A stretch of 64,000 nucleotides of DNA from the NCBI GenBank assembly GCA_964016885.1, contig OZ024740.1:137144001-137208000 (forward strand), given 5' to 3'. Both the position numbers and the translations under genes were made by a program. Positions 13,009 through 25,219 of this stretch are shown in pieces (position 1 is the first letter of the stretch; every line of letters begins with the position of its first letter). Source of the DNA: Eledone cirrhosa. Taxonomy: Eukaryota. A model generated the notes under the pieces. It saw nothing but the letters and a program-made list of their open reading frames with translations. It made no database searches and had not been told where the DNA came from.

Positions 13009-16000
13009 TTCTCTTATCACTTTTCTCTCAATCTCCAACTCTCTCGTTCTCTTATCACTTTTCTCTCAATCTCCAATTCTCTCTTTCTCTTATCACTTTT
13101 CTCTCAATCTCCAATCCTCTCTTTTTCTAATCACTTTTCTCTCAATCACTTTTCTCTCCATCTCCAATTCTCTCTTTCTCTTATCACTTTTCTCTCAATC
13201 TCCAATTCTCTCTTTCTCTTATCACTTTTCTCTCCATCTCCAATTCTCTCTTTCTCTTATCACTTTCCTCTCAATCTCCAATTCTCTCTTTCTCTTCTCA
13301 CTTTTCCCCCAATCTCCAATTCTCTCTTTCTCTTATCACTTTTCTCTCAATCTCCAATTCTCTCTTTCTCTTATCACTTTTCTCTCAATCTCTAATTCTC
13401 TCTTTCTCTTATCACTTTTCTCTCAATCTCCAATTCTCTCTTTCTCTTATTACTTTTCTCTCAATCTCCAATTCTCTCTTTCTCTTCTCACTTTTCCCCT
13501 AATCTCCAATTCTCTCTTTCTCTTATCACTTTTCTCTCAATCTCCAATTCTCTCTTTCTCTCATCACTTTTCTCTCAATCTCCAATTCTCTCTTTCTCAT
13601 ATCACTTTTCTCTCAATCTCCAATTCTCTCTTTCTCTTATCCATTTTCTCTCAATCTGCAATTCTCTTTTTCTTTTCTCACTTTTCCCCCAATCTCCAAT
13701 TCTCTCTTTCTCTTCACACTTTCCCCCAATCTCCAATTCTCTCTTTCTCTTATCACTTTTCTCTCAATCTCCAATTTTCTCTTTCTCTTATCACTTTTCT
13801 CTCAATCTCCAATCTCTCTTTCTCATATCACTTTTCTCTCAAACTCCAATTCTCTCTTTCTCTCATCACTTTTCTCTCAATCTCCAATTCTCTCTTTCTC
13901 TTATCCCTTTTCTCTCAATCTCCAATTCTCTCTTTCTCTTCTCACTTTTCTCTCAATCTCCAATTCTCTCTATCTGTTCTCAGTTTTCCCCCAATCTCCA
14001 ATTCTCTATTTCTCTTAGCACTTTTCTTTCAATCCCCCATTCTCTCTCTCTCTTATCACTTTTCTCTCAATCTCCAATTCTCTCTTTCTCTTATCACTTT
14101 TCTCTCAATCTCCAATTTTCTCTTTCTCTTAGCACTTTTCTTTCAATCCCCCATTCTCTCTCTCTCTAATCACTTTTCTCTCAATCTCCAATTCTCTCTT
14201 TCTCTTATCACTTTTCTCTCAATCTCCAATTCTCTCTTTCTCTTATCACTTTTCTCTCAATCACCAATTCTCTCTTTCTCTTATCACTTTTCTCCCAATC
14301 TCCAATTCTCTCTTTCTCTTATCACTTTTCTCTCAATCTCCAATTCTCTCTTTCTCTTATCACTTGTCCCCCAATCTACAATTCTCTCTTTCTCTTATCA
14401 CTTTTCTCTCAATCTCCAATTCTCTCTTTCTCTTATCACTTTTCTCTCAATCTCCAATTCTCTCTTTCTCTTATCACTTTTCTCTCAATCTCCAATTCTC
14501 TCTTTCTCTTATCACTTTTCTCTCAATCTCTAATTCTCTCTTTCTCTTATCACTTTTCTCTCAATCTCCAATTCTCTCTTTCTCTTATCACTTTTCTCTC
14601 AATCTGCAATTCTCTCTTTATCTTATCACTTTTCTCTCAATCTCCAATTCTCTCTTTCTCTTCTCACTTTTCCCCTAATCTCCAATTCTCTCTTTCTCTT
14701 ATCACTTTTCCCATAATCTCCAATTCTCTCTTTCTCTTATCACTTTTCTCTCAATCTCCAATTCTCTCTTTCTCTTATCACTTTTCTGCCAATCTCCAAT
14801 TCTCTCTTTCTCTTATCACTTTTCTCTCAATCTCCAAATCTTTCTTTCTCTTATCACTTTTCTCTCAATCTCCAATTCTCTCTTTCTCTTATCACTGTTC
14901 TCTCAATCTCTAATTCTCTCTTTCTCTTATCACTTTTCTCTTAATCTCCAATTCTCTCTTTCTCTTACCACTTTTCTCTCAATCAACAATTCTCTCTTTC
15001 TCTTATCACTTTTCCCCCAATCTCCAATTCTCTCTTTCTCTTATCACTTTTCTCTAAATCTCCAATTCTCTCTTTCTCTTCTCACTTTTCCCCTAATCTC
15101 CAATTCTCTCTTTCTCTTATCACTTTTCTCTCAATCTCCAATTCTCTCTTTCTCTTATCACTTATCTCTCAATTTCCAATTCTCTCTTTCTCTTATCCAT
15201 TTTCTCTCAATCTGCAATTCTCTCTTTCTTTTCTCACTTTTCCCCCAATCTCCAATTCTCTCTTTCTCTTCTCACTTTTCTCTCAAACTCCAATTCTCTC
15301 TTCTCTTATCACTTTTCTTTCAATCACCAATTCTCTCTTTCTCTTATCACTTTTCTCTCAATCTCCAATTCTCTCTTTCTCTCATCACTTTTATCTCAAT
15401 CTCCAATTCTCTCTTTCTCTTATCACTTTTCTCTCAATCTCCAACTCTCTCTTTCTCTTATCCCTTTTCTCTCAATCTCCAATTCTCTCTTTCTTTTCCC
15501 ACTTTTCTCTCAATCTCCAATCCTCTCTTTCTGTTCTCAGTTTTCCCCCAATCTCCAATTCTCTATTTCTCTTAGCACTTTTCTCTCAATCCTCCATTCT
15601 CTCTCTCTCTTATCACTTTTCTCTCAATCTCCAATTCTCTCTTTCTCTTATCACTTTTCTCTCAATCTCCAATTCTCTCTTTCTCTTATCAGTTTTCTCT
15701 CAATCTGCAATTCTCTCTTTCTCTTATCACTTTTCTCTCAATCTCCAATTCTCTCTTTCTCTTCTCACTTTTCCCCTAATCTCCAATTCTCTCTTTCTCT
15801 TATCACTTTTCTCTAAATCTCCAATTCTCTCTTTCTCTTATCACTTTTCTCTCAATCTCCAATTCTCCCTTTCTCTTATCACTTTTCTCTCAATCTCCAA
15901 TTCTCTCTTTCTCTTATCCATTTTCTCTCAATCTGCAATTCTCTCTTTCTTTTCTCACTTTTCCCCCAATCTCCAGTTCTCTCTTTCTCTTCACACTTTT

Positions 16001-16919
16001 CCCCCAATCTCCAATTCTCTCTTTCTCTTCTCACTTTTCTCTCAATCTCCAACTCTCTCTTTCTCTTATCCCTTTTCTCTCAATCTCCAATTCTCTCTTT
16101 CTCTTATCACTTTTCTCTCAACCTCCAATCCTCTCTTTCTCTTATCACTTTTCTCTCAATCTCCAATTCTCTCTTTCTCTTATCACTTTTCTCTCAATCA
16201 CCAATTCTCTCTTTCTCTTATCACTTTTCTCTCAATCTCCAATTCTCTCATTCTCTTCACACTTTTCCGCCAATCTCCAATTCTCTCTCTCGCTTATCAC
16301 TTTTATCTCAATCTCCAATTCTCTCTTTCTCTTATCACTTGTTCTCCAATCTACAATTCTCTCTTTCTCTCATTACTTTTCTCTCAATCTCCAATTCTCT
16401 CTTTCTCTTATCACTTTTCCCCCAATCTCTAATTCTCTCTTTCGCTTATCACTTTTCTCTCAATCTCCAATTCTCTCTTTCTCTTATCACTTTTCCCATA
16501 ATCTCCAATTCTCTCTTTCTCTAATCACTTTTTTCTCAATCTCCAATTCTCTCTTTATCTTATCACTTTTCTCTCAATCTCCAATTCTCTCTTTCTCTAA
16601 TCACTTTTCTCTCAATCTCCAATTCTCTCTTTCTCTTATCACTTATCTCTCAATTTCCAATTCTCTCTTTCTCTTATCCATTTTCTCTCAATCTGCAATT
16701 CTCTCTTTCTTTTCTCACTTTTCCCCCAATCTCCAATTCTCTCTTTCTCTTCTCACTTTTCTCTCAAACTCCAATTCTCTCTTCTCTTATCACTTTTCTT
16801 TCAATCACCAATTCTCTCTTTCTCTTATCACTTTTCTCTCAATCTCCAATTCTCTCTTTCTCTTCTCACTTTTCCCCTAATCTCTAATTCTCTCTTTCTC
16901 TTATCACTTTTCTCTAAAT

Positions 16920-17500
16920 CTCCAATTCTCTCTTTCTCTTATCACTTTTCCCCCAATCTCTAATTCTCTCTTTCGCTTATCACTTTTCTCTCAATCTCCA
17001 ATTCTCTCTTTCTCTTATCACTTTTACCATAATCTCCAATTCTCTTTTTCTCTTATCACTTTTTTCTCAATCTCCAATTCTCTCTTTATCTTATCACTGT
17101 TCTCTCAATCTCCAATTCTCTCTTTCTCTTATCACTTTTCTCTCAATCTCCAATTCTCTCTTTCTCTTATCACTTGTTCTCCAATCTACAATTCTCTCTT
17201 TCTCTTATTACTTTTCTCTCAATCTCCAATTCTCTCTTTCTCTTATCACTTTTCCCCCAATCTCTAATTCTCTCTTTCGCTTATCACTTTTCTCTCAATC
17301 TCCAATTCTCTCTTTCTCTTATCACTTTTCCCATAATCTCCAATTCTCTCTTTCTCTTATCACTTTTTTCTCAATCTCCAATTCTCTCTTTATCTTATCA
17401 CTGTTCTCTCAATCTCCAATTCTCTCTTTCTCTTATCACTTTTCTCTCAATCTCCAATTCTCTCTTTCTCTTATCACTTTTCTCTCAATCTCCAATTCTC
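16920..17500 (+). repeat. 304-bp (8-monomer) tandem duplication; the same unit recurs at ~21990-22570, ~34000-34620 and ~35750-36370
   Basis: CG of the CTCTAATT..TTTCGCTT marker at 16974 and 17278. ORF starts 34015/34319 and 35762/36066 are offset by 304. Confidence 0.8.
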
Positions 17501-19984
17501 TCTTTCTCTTATCAGTTTTCTCTCAATCTGCAATTCTCTCTTTCTCTTATCACTTTTCTCTCAATCTCCAATTCTCTCTTTCTCTTCTCACTTTTCCCCT
17601 AATCTCCAATTCTCTCTTTCTCTTATCACTTTTCTCTCAATCTCCAATTCTCTCTTTCTCTTATCACTTTTCTCTCAATCTCAATTCTCTCTTTCTCTTA
17701 TCACTTTTCTCTCAATCTCCCATTCTCTCTTTCTCTTATCCATTTTCTCTCAATCTGCAATTCTCTCTTTCTTTTCTCACTTTTCCCCCAATCTCCAATT
17801 CTCTCTTTCTCTTCACACTTTTCCTCCAATCTCCAATTCTCTCTTTCTCTTCACACTTTTCCCCCAATCTTCAATTCTCTCTTTCTCTTCTCACTTTTCT
17901 CTCAATCTCCAATTCTCTCTTTCTCTTATCACTTTTCTCTCAATCTCCAATTCTCTCTTTCTCTTATCACTTTTCTCTCAATCTCCAACTCTCTCTTTCT
18001 CTTATCCCTTTTCTCTCAATCTACAATTCTCTCTTTCTTTTCTCACTTTTCTCTCAATCTCCAATTCTCTCTTTCTCTTCTCACTTTTCCCCTAATCTCC
18101 AATTCTCTCTTTCTCTTAACACTTTTCTCTCAATCTCCAATTCTCTCTTTCTTTTCTCACTTTTCCCCCAATCTCCAATTCTCTCTTTCTCTTCACACTT
18201 TTCCCCCAATCTCCAATTCTCTCTTTCTCTTCACACTTTTCCCCCAATCTCCAATTCTCTCTTTCTCTTCTCACTTTTCTCTCAATCTCCAATTCTCTCT
18301 TTCTCTTATCACTTTTCTCTCAATCTCCAATCCTCTCTTTCTCTTATCACTTTTCTCTCAATCACTTTTCTCTCAATCTCCAATTCTCTCTTTCTCTTAT
18401 CACTTTTCTCTCAATCTCCAATACTCTCTTTCTCTTATCACTTTTCTCTCAATCTCCAATACTCTCTTTCTCGTCTCACTTTTCTCTCAATCTCCAATTC
18501 TCGCTTTCTCTTCTCACTTTTCCCCCAATCTCCAATTCTCTCTTTCTCTTATCACTTTTCTCTCAATCACTTTTCTCTCAATCTCCAATTCTCTCTTTCT
18601 CTTATCACTTTTCCCCCAATATCCACTCCTCTCTTTCTCTTATCACTTTTCTCTCAATCTCCATTTCTCTCTTTCTCATATCAGTTTTCTCTCAAACTCC
18701 AATTCTCTCTTTCTCTCATCACTTTTCTCTCAAACTCCAATTCTCTCTTTCTCTTATCACTTTTCTCTCAATCTACAACTCTCTCTTTCTCTTATCCCTT
18801 TTCTCTCAATCTCCAATTATCTCTTTCTCTTATCACTCTTCTCTCAATCTCCAATTCTCTCTTTCCCTTCTCACTTTTCTTTCAATCTCCAATTTTCTCT
18901 TTCTCTTCTCACTTTTCTCTCAATCTCCAATCCTCTTTATCTGTTCTCAGTTTTCACCCAATCTCCAATTCTCTCTTTCTCTTAACACTTTTCTCTCAAT
19001 CTCCCATTCTCTCTCTCTCTTATCACTTTTCTCTCAATCACCAATTCTCTCTTTCTCTTATCACTTTTCTCATAATCTCCAATTCTCTCTTTCTCTTATC
19101 ACTTTTCTCTCAATCTCCAATTCTCTCTTTCTCTTATCACTTGTCCCCCAATCTACAATTCTCTCTTTCTCTTATCACTTTTCTCTCAATCTCCAATTCT
19201 CTCTTTCTCTTATCACTTTTCTCTCAATCTCCAATTCTCTCTTTCTCTTATCACTTTTCTGCCAATCTCCAATTCTCTCTTTCTCTTATCACTTTTCTCT
19301 CAATCTGCAATTCTCTCTTTCTCTTATCACTTTTCTCTCAATCTCCAATTCTCTCATTCTCTTCTCACTTTTCCCCTAATCTCCAATTCTCTCTTTCTCT
19401 TATCACTTTTCTCTCAATCTCCAATACTCTCTTTCTCTCATCACTTTTCTCTCAATCTCCAATTCTCTCTTTCTCTTATCACTTTTCTCTCAATCTCCAA
19501 TTCTCTCTTTCTCTTATCCATTTTCTCTCAATCTCCAATTCTCTCTTTCTTTTCTCACTTTTCCCCCAATATCCAATTCTCTCTTTCTCTTCACACTTTT
19601 CCCCCAATCTCCAATTCTCTCTTTCTCTTATCACTTTTCTCTCAATCTCCAATTTTCTCTTTCTCTTATCACTTTTCTCTCAATCTCCAATCTCTCTTTC
19701 TCATATCACTTTTCTCTCAAACTCCAATTCTCTCTTTCTCTCATCACTTTTCTCTCAATCTCCAATTCTCTATTTCTCTTAGCACTTTTCTTTCAATCCC
19801 CCATTCTCCCTCTCTCTTATCACTTTTCTCTCAATCTCCAATTCTCTCTTTCTCTTATCACTTTTCTCTCAATCTCCAATTCTCTCTTTCTCTTATCACT
19901 TTTCTCTCAATCTCCAATTCTCTCTTTCTCTTATTAGTTATCTCTCAATCTCCAATTCTCTCTTTCTCTTATCACTTATATCTC

Positions 19985-20318
19985 AATCTCCAATTCTCTC
20001 TTTCTCTTATCACTTGTTCCCCAATCTCCAATTCTCTCTTTCTCTTATCACTTTTCCCCCAATCTCCAATTCTCTCTTTCTCTTCACACTTTTCCCCCAA
20101 TCTCCAATTCTCTCTTTCTCTACTCACTTTTCTCTCAATCTCCAATTATCTCTTTCTCTTATCACTTGTTCCCCAATCTACAATTCTCTCTTTCTCTTAT
20201 CACTTTTCCCCCAATCTCCAATTCTCTCTTTCTCTTCACACTTTTCCCCCAATCTCCAATTCTCTCTTTCTCTACTCACTTTTCTCTCAATCTCCAATTA
20301 TCTCTTTCTCTTATCACT
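19985..20318 (+). repeat. 152-bp (4-monomer) tandem duplication; also at ~25058-25391
   Basis: TTGTTCCCC at 20014/20166 and 25087/25239. The CTCTACTCAC marker is repeated at the same 152-bp offset. Confidence 0.8.
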
Positions 20319-23300
20319 TTTCTCTCAATCTCCAATCCTCTCTTTCTCTTATCACTTTTCTCTCAATCACTTTTCTCTCAATCTCCAATTCTCTCTTTCT
20401 CTTATCACTTTTCTCTCAATATCCAATACTCTCTTTCTCTTTTCACTTTTCTCTCAATCTCCAATTCTCTCTTTCTCTTATCACTTTTCTCTCAATCTCC
20501 AATACTCTCTTTCTCTTCTCACTTTTCTCTCAATCTCCAATTCTCGCTTTCTCTTCTCACTTTTCCCCCAATCTCCAATTCTCTCTTTCTCTTATCACTT
20601 TTCTCTCAATCACTTTTCTCTCAATCTCCAATTCTCTCTTTCTCTTATCACTTTTCCCCCAATATCCACTCCTCTCTTTCTCTTATCACTTTTCTCTCAA
20701 TCTCCATTTCTCTCTTTCTCATATCAGTTTTCTCTCAAACTCCAATTCTCTCTTTCTCTCATCACTTTTCTCTCAAACTCCAATTCTCTCTTTCTCTTAT
20801 CACTTTTCTCTCAATCTACAACTCTCTCTTTCTCTTATCCCTTTTCTCTCAATCTCCAATTATCTCTTTCTCTTATCACTTTTCTCTCAATCTCCAATTC
20901 TCTCTTTCCCTTCTCACTTTTCTTTCAATCTCCAATTTTCTCTTTCTCTTCTCACTTTTCTCTCAATCTCCAATCCTCTTTATCTGTTCTCAGTTTTCAC
21001 CCAATCTCCAATTCTCTCTTTCTCTTATCACTTTTCTCTCAATCTCCCATTCTCTCTCTCTCTTATCACTTTTCTCTCAATCACCAATTCTCTCTTTCTC
21101 TTACCACTTTTCTCATAATCTCCAATTCTCTCTTTCTCTTATCACTTTTCTCTCAATCTCCAATTCTCTCTTTCTCTTATCACTTTTCTCTCAATCTCCA
21201 ATTCTCTCTTTCTCTTATCACTTTTCTGCCAATCTCCAATTCTCTCTTTCTCTTATCACTTTTCTCTCAATCACCAATTCTCTCTTTCTCTTATCACTTT
21301 TCTCTCAATCTCCAATTCTCTCATTCTCTTCACACTTTTCCGCCAATCTCCAATTCTCTCTCTCGCTTATCACTTTTATCTCAATCTCCAATTCTCTCTT
21401 TCTCTTATCACTTGTTCTCCAATCTACAATTCTCTCTTTCTCTCATTACTTTTCTCTCAATCTCCAATTCTCTCTTTCTCTTATCACTTTTCCCCCAATC
21501 TCTAATTCTCTCTTTCGCTTATCACTTTTCTCTCAATCTCCAATTCTCTCTTTCTCTTATCACTTTTCCCATAATCTCCAATTCTCTCTTTCTCTAATCA
21601 CTTTTTTCTCAATCTCCAATTCTCTCTTTATCTTATCACTTTTCTCTCAATCTCCAATTCTCTCTTTCTCTAATCACTTTTCTCTCAATCTCCAATTCTC
21701 TCTTTCTCTTATCACTTATCTCTCAATTTCCAATTCTCTCTTTCTCTTATCCATTTTCTCTCAATCTGCAATTCTCTCTTTCTTTTCTCACTTTTCCCCC
21801 AATCTCCAATTCTCTCTTTCTCTTCTCACTTTTCTCTCAAACTCCAATTCTCTCTTCTCTTATCACTTTTCTTTCAATCACCAATTCTCTCTTTCTCTTA
21901 TCACTTTTCTCTCAATCTCCAATTCTCTCTTTCTCTTCTCACTTTTCCCCTAATCTCCAATTCTCTCTTTCTCTTATCACTTTTCTCTAAATCTCCAATT
22001 CTCTCTTTCTCTTATCACTTTTCCCCCAATCTCTAATTCTCTCTTTCGCTTATCACTTTTCTCTCAATCTCCAATTCTCTCTTTCTCTTATCACTTTTAC
22101 CATAATCTCCAATTCTCTTTTTCTCTTATCACTTTTTTCTCAATCTCCAATTCTCTCTTTATCTTATCACTGTTCTCTCAATCTCCAATTCTCTCTTTCT
22201 CTTATCACTTTTCTCTCAATCTCCAATTCTCTCTTTCTCTTATCACTTGTTCTCCAATCTACAATTCTCTCTTTCTCTTATTACTTTTCTCTCAATCTCC
22301 AATTCTCTCTTTCTCTTATCACTTTTCCCCCAATCTCTAATTCTCTCTTTCGCTTATCACTTTTCTCTCAATCTCCAATTCTCTCTTTCTCTTATCACTT
22401 TTCCCATAATCTCCAATTCTCTCTTTCTCTTATCACTTTTTTCTCAATCTCCAATTCTCTCTTTATCTTATCACTGTTCTCTCAATCTCCAATTCTCTCT
22501 TTCTCTTATCACTTTTCTCTCAATCTCCAATTCTCTCTTTCTCTTATCACTTTTCTCTCAATCTCCAATTCTCTCTTTCTCTTATCAGTTTTCTCTCAAT
22601 CTGCAATTCTCTCTTTCTCTTATCACTTTTCTCTCAATCTCCAATTCTCTCTTTCTCTTCTCACTTTTCCCCTAATCTCCAATTCTCTCTTTCTCTTATC
22701 ACTTTTCTCTCAATCTCCAATTCTCTCTTTCTCTTATCACTTTTCTCTCAATCTCAATTCTCTCTTTCTCTTATCACTTTTCTCTCAATCTCCCATTCTC
22801 TCTTTCTCTTATCCATTTTCTCTCAATCTGCAATTCTCTCTTTCTTTTCTCACTTTTCCCCCAATCTCCAATTCTCTCTTTCTCTTCACACTTTTCCTCC
22901 AATCTCCAATTCTCTCTTTCTCTTCACACTTTTCCCCCAATCTTCAATTCTCTCTTTCTCTTCTCACTTTTCTCTCAATCTCCAATTCTCTCTTTCTCTT
23001 ATCACTTTTCTCTCAATCTCCAATTCTCTCTTTCTCTTATCACTTTTCTCTCAATCTCCAACTCTCTCTTTCTCTTATCCCTTTTCTCTCAATCTACAAT
23101 TCTCTCTTTCTTTTCTCACTTTTCTCTCAATCTCCAATTCTCTCTTTCTCTTCTCACTTTTCCCCTAATCTCCAATTCTCTCTTTCTCTTAACACTTTTC
23201 TCTCAATCTCCAATTCTCTCTTTCTTTTCTCACTTTTCCCCCAATCTCCAATTCTCTCTTTCTCTTCACACTTTTCCCCCAATCTCCAATTCTCTCTTTC

Positions 23301-25219
23301 TCTTCACACTTTTCCCCCAATCTCCAATTCTCTCTTTCTCTTCTCACTTTTCTCTCAATCTCCAATTCTCTCTTTCTCTTATCACTTTTCTCTCAATCTC
23401 CAATCCTCTCTTTCTCTTATCACTTTTCTCTCAATCACTTTTCTCTCAATCTCCAATTCTCTCTTTCTCTTATCACTTTTCTCTCAATCTCCAATACTCT
23501 CTTTCTCTTATCACTTTTCTCTCAATCTCCAATACTCTCTTTCTCGTCTCACTTTTCTCTCAATCTCCAATTCTCGCTTTCTCTTCTCACTTTTCCCCCA
23601 ATCTCCAATTCTCTCTTTCTCTTATCACTTTTCTCTCAATCACTTTTCTCTCAATCTCCAATTCTCTCTTTCTCTTATCACTTTTCCCCCAATATCCACT
23701 CCTCTCTTTCTCTTATCACTTTTCTCTCAATCTCCATTTCTCTCTTTCTCATATCAGTTTTCTCTCAAACTCCAATTCTCTCTTTCTCTCATCACTTTTC
23801 TCTCAAACTCCAATTCTCTCTTTCTCTTATCACTTTTCTCTCAATCTACAACTCTCTCTTTCTCTTATCCCTTTTCTCTCAATCTCCAATTATCTCTTTC
23901 TCTTATCACTCTTCTCTCAATCTCCAATTCTCTCTTTCCCTTCTCACTTTTCTTTCAATCTCCAATTTTCTCTTTCTCTTCTCACTTTTCTCTCAATCTC
24001 CAATCCTCTTTATCTGTTCTCAGTTTTCACCCAATCTCCAATTCTCTCTTTCTCTTAACACTTTTCTCTCAATCTCCCATTCTCTCTCTCTCTTATCACT
24101 TTTCTCTCAATCACCAATTCTCTCTTTCTCTTATCACTTTTCTCATAATCTCCAATTCTCTCTTTCTCTTATCACTTTTCTCTCAATCTCCAATTCTCTC
24201 TTTCTCTTATCACTTGTCCCCCAATCTACAATTCTCTCTTTCTCTTATCACTTTTCTCTCAATCTCCAATTCTCTCTTTCTCTTATCACTTTTCTCTCAA
24301 TCTCCAATTCTCTCTTTCTCTTATCACTTTTCTGCCAATCTCCAATTCTCTCTTTCTCTTATCACTTTTCTCTCAATCTGCAATTCTCTCTTTCTCTTAT
24401 CACTTTTCTCTCAATCTCCAATTCTCTCATTCTCTTCTCACTTTTCCCCTAATCTCCAATTCTCTCTTTCTCTTATCACTTTTCTCTCAATCTCCAATAC
24501 TCTCTTTCTCTCATCACTTTTCTCTCAATCTCCAATTCTCTCTTTCTCTTATCACTTTTCTCTCAATCTCCAATTCTCTCTTTCTCTTATCCATTTTCTC
24601 TCAATCTCCAATTCTCTCTTTCTTTTCTCACTTTTCCCCCAATATCCAATTCTCTCTTTCTCTTCACACTTTTCCCCCAATCTCCAATTCTCTCTTTCTC
24701 TTATCACTTTTCTCTCAATCTCCAATTTTCTCTTTCTCTTATCACTTTTCTCTCAATCTCCAATCTCTCTTTCTCATATCACTTTTCTCTCAAACTCCAA
24801 TTCTCTCTTTCTCTCATCACTTTTCTCTCAATCTCCAATTCTCTATTTCTCTTAGCACTTTTCTTTCAATCCCCCATTCTCCCTCTCTCTTATCACTTTT
24901 CTCTCAATCTCCAATTCTCTCTTTCTCTTATCACTTTTCTCTCAATCTCCAATTCTCTCTTTCTCTTATCACTTTTCTCTCAATCTCCAATTCTCTCTTT
25001 CTCTTATTAGTTATCTCTCAATCTCCAATTCTCTCTTTCTCTTATCACTTATATCTCAATCTCCAATTCTCTCTTTCTCTTATCACTTGTTCCCCAATCT
25101 ACAATTCTCTCTTTCTCTTATCACTTTTCCCCCAATCTCCAATTCTCTCTTTCTCTTCACACTTTTCCCCCAATCTCCAATTCTCTCTTTCTCTACTCAC
25201 TTTTCTCTCAATCTCCAAT

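Larger units (their letters stand above)
1..15770 (+). repeat. Higher-order duplication, period 8668 bp (copy 1 at 1-8668, partial copy 2 at 8669-~15770)
   Basis: Paired ORFs 557/9225 and 5696/14364 are both offset by 8668. Marker CCAACCTCCAAG occurs at 1291 and 9959. The first bases of the window recur at 8669. I noticed only a few substitutions (e.g. ~613 vs ~9281, ~1203 vs ~9871). Confidence 0.93.
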
